A stretch of DNA of 64,000 bases. Source: Thermoplasmata archaeon (lineage in GTDB: Archaea > Thermoplasmatota > E2 > JACPAO01 > JAHFTW01). A program made the position numbers and the translations under genes. The notes beneath the pieces are model-generated. The model was given only the letters and a program-made list of their open reading frames with translations. It made no database searches and had not been told where the DNA came from. Below are positions 56,650-64,000 of the stretch, piece by piece. The stretch is from the NCBI GenBank assembly GCA_034667725.1, contig JAXDQS010000001.1, positions 192,001 to 256,000 on the forward strand, in the 5' to 3' direction. Every line of letters begins with the position of its first letter. The first letter of the stretch is position 1.

Positions 56650-56719
56650 GGCGCCAAGGCATCCAAAGGCGGCTTCAGTCCGTCGCGGAGGCAAGTGAAG
56701 CCATTTCCGCGCGTCGCGG

Positions 56720-57694
56720 TTACTCGCTCGACGCCGTCGACCCCGTCGCGCGCCGCTTCGCGCCCGCCGCCACCGTCGCCTCGAACTGCAGCTTGGCCGG
56801 CCGGCGCGGCGCCTGCGCGCTCACGGCCACGACCTCGACCATGGCGCGCTCCTCGGGCCGCGCGTCCTTGGGGGCGATCACGATGACGGACAGCTCCTCC
56901 TCCTGGCCGCCATCGAGGTCGACCTGGGGCGTCGGCAGGAACGTCGCCCACCCTTCGGCCTTGCAGACGGCGCGCAGCACCACGGTGTCCTCGCGCTTGG
57001 TGATGTTGGAGACGGTGACCGGCAGCGCGACCCGGCCGCCGGGGGCGATGTCGAGGTGCGCGGCGGGGCTTGCGATGCGCACGGCGACGCGCCGGTTGGC
57101 GGCCAGGACGCTGGAGAGCACGACGACGGCGGCCAGCAAGCCCAGGAGCACGACCCAGAGGTAGGGGCCGGTCTGCTCGAGCAGGTTGCGCACCGCGGAG
57201 TCGTCGCGGGTGGCCCGCAGCGGGGCGGTGTCGGTGGCCTCGGGGTCCACGGCCGGCCCGACGCCGGGCACGACGCCCACGCCCGCGGGATACATGCGGG
57301 CCGTGACGTTGAGGTCGGCCACCGTCGCCTGGGCTTGCGCCGACACGCCCACCGTGACCCGCGCTTTCAGGGACTGGCCTGGATTGAGCACCAGCGTCGT
57401 CGGGTCGATGCTCGCGGTCCAGCCGTTGGTTTCGCCCACCACGTCCAGGACGACGGTGCGCGGCTGGTCGAGCGGCGTCCCGGTCGGAGTGCCGGTGTTC
57501 GTGACCGTGAGCTCGACGACCGCCGACTCGTCGAGGCTGACGGTGACCTGGGCGCGGTCCATGCGCACCTCCACGCCGGCCGACGCCGACCCGCCGGGGG
57601 GCGGCGGCAGCGGCGGGATCGGGGGCACCTGGGCGGCCGCCGAGTGCAGCACCAGCAGCACGGCCAAGGTCGCCAGGATCGCGCGCGGCCTCAT
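56720..57694 (-). CDS. Bitopic membrane protein with Ig-like domains on both sides of one TM
   Basis: Signal peptide, beta-rich domain (VTNTG..GW..L.PG), central TM followed by RR, and a second similar domain (VSNIT..GW..L.GG). Confidence 0.75.
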   Translation of the reverse strand: MRPRAILATLAVLLVLHSAAAQVPPIPPLPPPPGGSASAGVEVRMDRAQVTVSLDESAVVELTVTNTGTPTGTPLDQPRTVVLDVVGETNGWTASIDPTTLVLNPGQSLKARVTVGVSAQAQATVADLNVTARMYPAGVGVVPGVGPAVDPEATDTAPLRATRDDSAVRNLLEQTGPYLWVVLLGLLAAVVVLSSVLAANRRVAVRIASPAAHLDIAPGGRVALPVTVSNITKREDTVVLRAVCKAEGWATFLPTPQVDLDGGQEEELSVIVIAPKDARPEERAMVEVVAVSAQAPRRPAKLQFEATVAAGAKRRATGSTASSE

Positions 57695-57770
57695 GTTCGA
57701 GTGGCCGACGCGCTCGGCGGCTCATAGACTTGTGGCCTTGCGCCGGGACCCGAAGTCCAACGGCTGTCCG

Positions 57771-58337
57771 ATGCCCCTTTTCCCAGCCGGCCCAAATGCT
57801 CCGGACGTGCCGACCCCCGACAGGGCCAGCCTGCTGTTCTTGGCAGACGAGTCCCGCCGCATCGTCCGCCTCCAGTTCGAGGCCGGCAACGAGCTCGCAG
57901 GCAAGGCCGAGGCCATCGTGAAGTTCAATGGCCTGTTCTTTGGCCTGCTGCTGACCGCCTTGGGCCTGGCATCGAAATTCCGGCTGGCGGTGCCAGGCCT
58001 CGGGCCGTCTTGGCTGGGCTGGGCCGTCCTCGCCGCCGGGCCGGGGCTGCTGTTCGTCTCCATGCTGTGCGGTGTGTGGGCCTTCAAGTCCGTCGACTTC
58101 GAGATCGGCCTGTCCGAGCAGGGGATGCTCCAGGCGCTCCGCTTGCCGCTCAAGGAGCCCCAGATGCTGCGCAAAGCCGTCCAGGCTTACGCGAAAGGCA
58201 TCGAGGCCAACAAGGCGTCCATCAACAAGGTCGAGGTGCTGATTTCCGTCGGCCTGCTTGCCATGGCCTTGGGTGCTGCCTTGGTCCTCACAGGAGGCCT
58301 CATTACCTGGATTAGCAATGGAGGCTTGCATGACTAA
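57771..58337 (+). CDS. Three-TM hypothetical protein (PycTM/DUF5706-like topology)
   Basis: ..GKAE before TM1, then TM2, a soluble helix ending EANKASINK, and TM3. Less GC-skewed codon use. Start uncertain. Confidence 0.6.
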   Translation: MPLFPAGPNAPDVPTPDRASLLFLADESRRIVRLQFEAGNELAGKAEAIVKFNGLFFGLLLTALGLASKFRLAVPGLGPSWLGWAVLAAGPGLLFVSMLCGVWAFKSVDFEIGLSEQGMLQALRLPLKEPQMLRKAVQAYAKGIEANKASINKVEVLISVGLLAMALGAALVLTGGLITWISNGGLHD

Positions 58338-58482
58338 GAACGCCTCCCCCGCCGGTTATAAAGGGCAAGCCCGCGACTCGGCCAAAATCAAGGAGTTCGC
58401 GTTCGGGATGTCCGTCATCCGCAAGGCCCAGCCCCGTCAGCCGCAGCCGGCGACCCAAGGCCGCAAGCCTGGATCCCGATGA
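58330..58482 (+). CDS. Possible small basic protein (50 aa)
   Basis: GGAGG SD before ATG 58330. Overlaps the upstream stop and has an ATGA overlap with alaX. Confidence 0.3.
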   Translation: MTKNASPAGYKGQARDSAKIKEFAFGMSVIRKAQPRQPQPATQGRKPGSR

Positions 58483-59213
58483 CCCGCCTGCTCTACATGG
58501 ACGCCCTTGAGGCGTGCTACGCCCGCGCCTTCGAGGCGACCGTCATGGAGGCCAAGCCGGACGCCGTCATCCTCGACCAGAGCCTGTTCTATCCGCTGGG
58601 CGGCGGGCAGGAGTGGGACACGGGCACGCTCATGACCCCCGACGGCCGCACCGCGCGCGTCGTCGAGGTCACCAAGCGCGGCCCCGTCCGGCACACCATC
58701 GGGCTGGGGCATGGCCTCGTGGCGGGCGACAAGGTGGCGGGCGCCATCGACTGGGACCGGCGCTATGCCCACATGCGGATGCACACCGCGCAGCACCTCG
58801 TGTCGGGCCTTGCCTACGAGATGTTCGGCGGGCCGCGCACGGTCGGCAACCAAATCCACGCCGACCGCAGCCGCATCGACTTCAACCCCGTCAACTTCAC
58901 CAACGAGATGCTGCGGGACTTGGAGACGGCGGCCAACGACGCCATCCGCGCCCAGCACAAGGTGACGTTGGCGACCATGACGCGCGACCAGGTCCTGGCC
59001 GAGCAGCCGCCGGAGCGCACCAACATGGACCTCCTTCCAAAGTCCGTCACCGAGCTGCGGGTCATCCGCATCGGCGCCGACGTGGACCTGTGCCCGTGCG
59101 CCGGCACCCACGTCCAGAACACCAAGGAGATCGGCGAGGTGCGCATCGTGGCGCGGTCGTCGAAGGGGTCGGGGACGCAGCGCATCGAGTACGTGCTGGA
59201 GCAGCCTGCCTAG
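58479..59213 (+). CDS. alaXM: Alanyl-tRNA editing protein AlaX-M
   Basis: LDQSLFYPLGGGQ..DTG, IDWDRRY.HMRMHTAQH (HxxxH), CPCAGTHV (CxxxH). Confidence 0.92.
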   Translation: MTRLLYMDALEACYARAFEATVMEAKPDAVILDQSLFYPLGGGQEWDTGTLMTPDGRTARVVEVTKRGPVRHTIGLGHGLVAGDKVAGAIDWDRRYAHMRMHTAQHLVSGLAYEMFGGPRTVGNQIHADRSRIDFNPVNFTNEMLRDLETAANDAIRAQHKVTLATMTRDQVLAEQPPERTNMDLLPKSVTELRVIRIGADVDLCPCAGTHVQNTKEIGEVRIVARSSKGSGTQRIEYVLEQPA

Positions 59214-60007
59214 GCGGCCAGCTCGCCGCGCACCGTGGTCACCGCGAACCCGGCCAGCTCGACCCGGCCCCCCATCGGCTTGACCCAGAAGGTGCCGCCG
59301 CGCGCCGACACTTGCTTGCCCACCAGCTCCGCCTTGCCGAGCCGCTGCGCCCAGTAGGGTCCCAACGCGGTCTGGATCGAGCCGGTCACCGGGTCCTCGT
59401 CGATGCCGTACGCGGGCACGAAGTAGCGGCACACGTAGTCCACGCCGCCGGCGCCGGGGGCGGTCACGACGAAGCCATGCACGTCGCTGATGCGGGCCAA
59501 CGCCTGGAAGTCGGGGCGCACGGCCTGCACCGTCGCCTCGTCCGTCGCGACGACGACGTGGTCGAGGCGGTTGCGCAGCACCGGTGCCGGCTCGATCCGC
59601 AGCGCCTCCCACAACCCGACGGGCGCGGGGGCCGGCGCCGGCGGGTTGGCGGGGAAGTCCATGGCGATGCGGCCGGCCGGTCCTTGGCGGCAGGTCAGGC
59701 GGCCGCTGCGGGTGTCGAACCGCGCCGGCTCGCCGTGGCGCAGCATCTTCGTTTCCCAGAGCGCGTGGGCCGAGGCGAGGGTGGCGTGGCCGCACAGGTC
59801 GACTTCCTTGGTCGGGGTGAACCAGCGCAGCGCCCAGGCGTCGCCGGCGGGATGGACGAACGCCGTCTCGGAAAGGTTCAGCTCGCGCGCGACCAGGCGC
59901 ATCCACGGCTCGGGCGCGGGGCCGTCCAGGAGGCAGACGGCGGCCGGGTTGCCCCTGAACGGCTGGTCGGTGAAGGCGTCCACCGTCAGGATGGGAATGT
60001 GTGGCAC
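59210..60007 (-). CDS. PhzF family isomerase
   Basis: Motifs VDAFT..FRGNPAAV, NLSETAF, LRWFTP..EVDLCGHATLA, EDPVTGS. Confidence 0.93.
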   Translation of the reverse strand: MPHIPILTVDAFTDQPFRGNPAAVCLLDGPAPEPWMRLVARELNLSETAFVHPAGDAWALRWFTPTKEVDLCGHATLASAHALWETKMLRHGEPARFDTRSGRLTCRQGPAGRIAMDFPANPPAPAPAPVGLWEALRIEPAPVLRNRLDHVVVATDEATVQAVRPDFQALARISDVHGFVVTAPGAGGVDYVCRYFVPAYGIDEDPVTGSIQTALGPYWAQRLGKAELVGKQVSARGGTFWVKPMGGRVELAGFAVTTVRGELAA

Positions 60008-60071
60008 GAAATGCAGGAAAATGCGAACCAGGTTAAGCGTTAGGGCCGAAAACCTGAACTGGGTTCAATTT

Positions 60072-61346
60072 TCACGACCGCGCCACGACCGTCTCGTCGC
60101 GGCCCGGCCCGATCCCGACCAGCCGGATTTGGGCCCCCGTGTGCTCCCGGATGGTCTGGAGGTAGCTGCGGGCCTCGGTGGGGAGCCCCTGCCAGGTCCC
60201 GTCGCCCAGCTCCGTCCAGCCCTCGAACTCCTGGTAGACCGGCTTGGCTTGGGCGAAGTCCTCCGGGTCCGACGGGATGTGCGTGATGCGCGCGCCGCCG
60301 GGAAGCTCGTAGGCCGTGCAGACCTTGACGACGTCGAGGCCGGAGAGCACGTCGAGCTTCGTGACCGCGAGCTGGTTGATGCCGCACAGCCGCACCGCGT
60401 GGTTGACGACGACCAGGTCGAGCCAGCCGCAGCGCCGCTGCCGCCCGGTGGTGGTGCCGACCTCGTGGCCGACGGTGGAGAGGTGCTTGCCGATGCCCTC
60501 GGTGAGCGACAACTCGGTGGGGAACGGGCCGGAGCCGACGCGGGTGGTGTAGGCCTTGACGACGCCGACCACGTCGCCGACGTCGCGCGGGGACAACCCG
60601 GAGCCGCTGCACATGCCGCCCGAGGCCGTGCTGGACGAGGTCACGTAGGGATAGGTGCCGTGGTCGATGTCGAGCATCGTGCCCTGGGCGCCCTCCAGCA
60701 GGATGCCCTCCTCCTGGTCGACCGCCTCCTGCAGCAGCCGCACGGTGTCGGTGATGTACGGCTTGAGGTCCTTGCCGGCCGCCTGGAGCGCGCCCAGGAT
60801 CTGCCGGGCGTCGAACTGCTCGCTCGACCCGAGGTGCTTCAGGAGCGCGTTCTTGGCGACGACGGCGGCGTTCACCTTCTCCTCCAGCCGCGCCGGCCGC
60901 AGCAGGTCGCCCGCCTGGATGCCGGCCCGGCTGACCTTGTCCGCGTAGCACGGCCCGATGCCGCGCCCGGTGGTGCCGACCTTGCGGCCCGCCTTGGCCG
61001 CCTCCTCCGCGTTGTCCTGCGCCTTGTGGTACGGCAGGATCAGGTGGGCCCGGTCCGAGAGGTAGAGGTGCGGGTCGAGGCCGCGGGCGCGCAGGCCCTC
61101 CACTTCCGAGAGCAGCACGAAGGGATCGACGACGCAGCCGTTGCCGATCACCGACTTCTTGCCCGACACCACGCCCGACGGCAGCAAATGGAGCTTGTAG
61201 GTCTGGCCGCCGACCACGATGGTGTGGCCGGCGTTGTTGCCGCCCTGGAAGCGCACGACCCAGTCGACGCGGTCCGCGAGGTAGTCCACGACCTTGCCCT
61301 TGCCCTCGTCGCCCCATTGGGTCCCGATGACGGCGGTGACGGCCAC
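60072..61346 (-). CDS. purA: Adenylosuccinate synthetase
   Basis: Motifs QWGDEGKGK, GGNNAGHT, GTT.RGIGP, EGAQG..LD.DHGTYPYVTSS, GTTTGR.RRCGWLD, TKLDVL. Confidence 0.97.
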   Translation of the reverse strand: MAVTAVIGTQWGDEGKGKVVDYLADRVDWVVRFQGGNNAGHTIVVGGQTYKLHLLPSGVVSGKKSVIGNGCVVDPFVLLSEVEGLRARGLDPHLYLSDRAHLILPYHKAQDNAEEAAKAGRKVGTTGRGIGPCYADKVSRAGIQAGDLLRPARLEEKVNAAVVAKNALLKHLGSSEQFDARQILGALQAAGKDLKPYITDTVRLLQEAVDQEEGILLEGAQGTMLDIDHGTYPYVTSSSTASGGMCSGSGLSPRDVGDVVGVVKAYTTRVGSGPFPTELSLTEGIGKHLSTVGHEVGTTTGRQRRCGWLDLVVVNHAVRLCGINQLAVTKLDVLSGLDVVKVCTAYELPGGARITHIPSDPEDFAQAKPVYQEFEGWTELGDGTWQGLPTEARSYLQTIREHTGAQIRLVGIGPGRDETVVARS

Positions 61347-61410
61347 GAGGCGGCGACGGAGGGGCCCGATAAAGCCGTGCGGCGAGCGTTTCAGGTGGAG
61401 GCGTCAGGCC

Positions 61411-61929
61411 TCAGCCGGCGTAGTGCAACCCCGCCGACTTGTGGTCGATCGCCGCCATCTCCTTGTGGTGCACCTCGGCCCCCACCACCTCCATGATGAC
61501 GGTGGCGTGGTCGCCCAGCTCGCGCATCTCCTTGAGCCGCAGCTCGACGCTCGCGGGCAGCTCCGGCAGCAGCGGGCACCCGGTCGCGGGGCCGTCGCGC
61601 GCCGCCAGCGGCCCGGCCTTGCCGTCCGCGACCACGACGTGCTTGAAGAACGGCTTCACGAGCTCCTTCTGCCCCGCGCCCAGCAGGTTCAGGCTCAACA
61701 CACCAGTCTCCCGGACGCCCTTGAGGGCCTCGCCGTCCTTGTGCATCCCGAGCACCACGAGCGGCGGGTCGAAGCTGGTCTGCGTGAACCACGACACCAG
61801 GCTCACCGCCTTGTGGCCGTCGGCGTGCCGCGAGCCCGCCAAGTAGAGGCCGTAGGGGACGAGGCGCAGGGCGTGCTTCTTGGCGGCAGGGTCCATGCCC
61901 GGGCGCACCTGCGGCGGCGACTTGGTCAT
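61411..61929 (-). CDS. Flavin reductase-like FMN-binding protein
   Basis: Motifs PYGLY, SWFTQTSFDPPLV, GCPLL, GDH..EVV. Confidence 0.88.
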   Translation of the reverse strand: MTKSPPQVRPGMDPAAKKHALRLVPYGLYLAGSRHADGHKAVSLVSWFTQTSFDPPLVVLGMHKDGEALKGVRETGVLSLNLLGAGQKELVKPFFKHVVVADGKAGPLAARDGPATGCPLLPELPASVELRLKEMRELGDHATVIMEVVGAEVHHKEMAAIDHKSAGLHYAG

Positions 61930-62651
61930 TGCGCCAGCACGGCAACGGCCAGCGCGACGGCGGCGGGCACGGCGCTCGCGAGGAAATTGACGTCCTGCTT
62001 CGTCAGGCGGCCCCGCGGGCTCTCCAGGGTCGCGCCCAAGAGCGAGTCGAGCTGGCAGCCGAGGAAGCCGCCCGCGACCACGAAGCCCGCCCACGCCATC
62101 GGCAGGCCGACGAAGGCGACGGCCGCGGCGGCGATGGCGGCGGCCCCCGCCAGCGCGGCGCCTTGGCCGGCCCAGCTCACGGCCCCGTTGGTGCCGCGCG
62201 GGACGGCGGCGAACGGCGGCAGCACGATGCGGGCGCGGGCCGACAACGCGCCGATCTCGGAGGCCAGCGTGTCGGCGGTGACGGCGGCGACCGCGACGGC
62301 GTAGGCCAAGCGCACGGCGTCCGGCCCGATGCCGGGCAGCTGGATGGCCAGCACGGCAAGGCCGGCGGCGGCCCCGTTGCCCATGACGTTGCCGACGCCG
62401 CGCTCGCCGCGGTCGCCCTCCGCCAGGCCGAGCGCCTTCTTGCGGCCGTAGCCGAGGCGGGTCGCGGCGAAGCCGAGGCCGGTGAACAGCACCATGAGGG
62501 CCAGCCAGCTCAGGTCGCCCAGGAGCGCGATGAGGAGGCCCAGGAGGAACGAGGCGACCGAGCCCAGGAGGTCGAGGACGCCGAGGGCGAACGCCAGCAG
62601 CGACAGGCCCGCCAAGGCGAGCACCGTCACGAGGAGCCAGGGGACTTCCAT
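61926..62651 (-). CDS. DUF92/TMEM19 family membrane protein
   Basis: Motifs RG..NVMGNG, ADTLASEIG, V.RGTNGAVS..G, DSLLGATLE, VNFLA. Confidence 0.9.
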   Translation of the reverse strand: MEVPWLLVTVLALAGLSLLAFALGVLDLLGSVASFLLGLLIALLGDLSWLALMVLFTGLGFAATRLGYGRKKALGLAEGDRGERGVGNVMGNGAAAGLAVLAIQLPGIGPDAVRLAYAVAVAAVTADTLASEIGALSARARIVLPPFAAVPRGTNGAVSWAGQGAALAGAAAIAAAAVAFVGLPMAWAGFVVAGGFLGCQLDSLLGATLESPRGRLTKQDVNFLASAVPAAVALAVAVLAQ

Positions 62652-62661
62652 GCCGCCGCCG

Positions 62662-63026
62662 TCACCGGGGCAGGACGGGCGCGTCCCAGGAGCCTTGCAG
62701 CAGCACCAGGCCGCGGGCGGGGGCGTCGGGATGGGGCCCTTCCCAGAGGACGAGGCCCTCCAGCGCGACGTCGCGGCCGGTCGGGATGGGCGAGGCCGCC
62801 GTCACGAGGACCAGCGCATCGGCGCCCGTCTCCAGCACGTAGGTCACCTTGTCCAGGAGGGCGGCGACGGCCTCCCACTGAGGGCCGTCCGGCACCTGGA
62901 ACGGCGCCATGGTGCCGCGCATCGCGACGACGGCGCCAGCGACGGGGGTCGGCTCGTGCGGGGCCGGCTCGTCGAGCGCGGCCAGGACGCCCGCGCTGGC
63001 CAGCAAGGCCAAGGACAACGCCAACA
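62662..63026 (-). CDS. Hypothetical protein with N-terminal hydrophobic anchor (start uncertain)
   Basis: Fills the gap between rpl10e and DUF92 with coding-like bias. Only TTG starts are available near NKPLLALSLALL. Confidence 0.4.
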
Positions 63027-63056
63027 GCGGCTTGTTGCGAACCGTGCGGTCACGAC

Positions 63057-63575
63057 CTAGAAGGTCACGAGCTCGAGGCCCTGCACGTCGATGTGGCACG
63101 GGCTCGCGATCTTGTTGTATGACTTGCGCATGGCCTCCTTGGCCGCCGCGAAGCCGCGGGCCGGGACCTTGATGGTCATGACGGCCTGGCCGGGGGCGAC
63201 ACGGGCCGCGGTGCCGATGGCCTTGCCGAAGGCCAGGCGCATGCCCATGGAGACACGGTCGGCGCCGGCGCCCGACGCCTGCTTGTTCTGGCGCAGGACG
63301 TGGTGCGGGTAGACGCGGACCTTGAGGTGGTAGTTCTCGCGGCCGAGGGCGGCATCGAGGGCGCGGACGGCGGTGATGCGCATGGCCTCGAGGGCGGTGT
63401 GGCGAATCTGGCCCTCCTCCTCGGGGATGAGGTGCAGGACGACGGGGAAGTCGCCGTTCGCCTTGCCGGACTCGTACTGCAGGATGCGGTTGCCAGGGAC
63501 GCCGCCCATGAATTCGCGGCGCGTGTAGGCGTGCTGCGTCAACTTGCGGTACATGCGAGCGGGGTTCTTCGCCAT
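63057..63575 (-). CDS. rpl10e: 50S ribosomal protein uL16 (L10e)
   Basis: PARMYR..YTRREF, QIRH.ALEA.R, YPHHVLR.NK..GAGADR...GMRLAFGK..GTAARV. Confidence 0.96.
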   Translation of the reverse strand: MAKNPARMYRKLTQHAYTRREFMGGVPGNRILQYESGKANGDFPVVLHLIPEEEGQIRHTALEAMRITAVRALDAALGRENYHLKVRVYPHHVLRQNKQASGAGADRVSMGMRLAFGKAIGTAARVAPGQAVMTIKVPARGFAAAKEAMRKSYNKIASPCHIDVQGLELVTF

Positions 63576-63703
63576 GGCAGTCCACCTAGGGGATGGCCGT
63601 GCCGACAGGGGGTTCGTATGTATGGCTTTCGGCGGGAGGGACGAAGCCCCGGGGGCCGACGCGACCCGAATCGCTGAAAGCCGATTCCCCCGCTGGGTTG
63701 GCC

Positions 63704-64000
63704 GTGGACCTGCTGACCATCGTCCTGCGCTTCGTGCACATCCTGGCCGCCATCGCGTGGGCCGGCGGCGGGCTGTTCGTCCTCGCCGTCCTCGACCCGA
63801 TGATGGGCCGCATCAGCGCCGCCGAGGGCAACCGCTTCATGCGCCACATCCAGCTGCGGACCAAGCTGGCCGCCTACTTCCCCGTCACCGCCGTGCTCAC
63901 CGTCGTCGCCGGCATCGTGCTCTACTTCGTCGTGGACGGCCGCACGCTCTACCCGATGTCCACCACCCAAGGCCAGGTCTTCCACGTCGGCATGGTCTTC
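63704..64000 (+). CDS. Membrane protein, DUF2269/CopD-like (truncated by window end)
   Basis: VDLLTIVLRFVHILAAIAWAGG..; the frame is open to the window edge. Confidence 0.65.
   Translation, partial: MDLLTIVLRFVHILAAIAWAGGGLFVLAVLDPMMGRISAAEGNRFMRHIQLRTKLAAYFPVTAVLTVVAGIVLYFVVDGRTLYPMSTTQGQVFHVGMVF

Overview
Very GC-rich archaeal chromosomal segment. The archaeal assignment rests on TFB, eIF6, eS19, eL39, eL31, eL20/LX, uL16/L10e, prefoldin alpha, PDCD5, Rpp21, Trm1 and tRNA-Gly(CCC). A high-GC Thermoplasmatota-like lineage is my inference and was not tested. The first 21 kb hold four tandem giant surface proteins. Three are paralogues (about 2200, 1510 and 1590 aa) with the layout signal peptide, DxDxDG/FSEPV Ig-like repeats, FN3, single TM, and a cytoplasmic C-terminal CxxC-x15-CxxC zinc ribbon of identical spacing. 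Each paralogue is followed by a copy of a ~160-190 bp structured element that shows compensatory base changes. Two copies run into the next gene's TATA box and one is inverted. This receptor/adhesin array is the best candidate for an undescribed system. Other oddities: (1) TFB lacks its expected stop, and its 3' end recurs twice downstream in another frame; one recurrence encodes the same 10 aa with synonymous changes. (2) The prefoldin stop codon lies inside tRNA-Gly, and an antisense T-arm copy follows the tRNA. (3) A 1781-aa orphan has ~120-aa repeats and nine 14-aa amphipathic repeats. (4) A DUF4062-like protein carries five mosaic 144-bp TPR repeats. (5) eL31 is fused to a helix-hairpin-helix domain. 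The rest is housekeeping and metabolic genes. No CRISPR array, rRNA, transposase or integrase was seen. All product calls come from motif recognition by eye; no searches were run.
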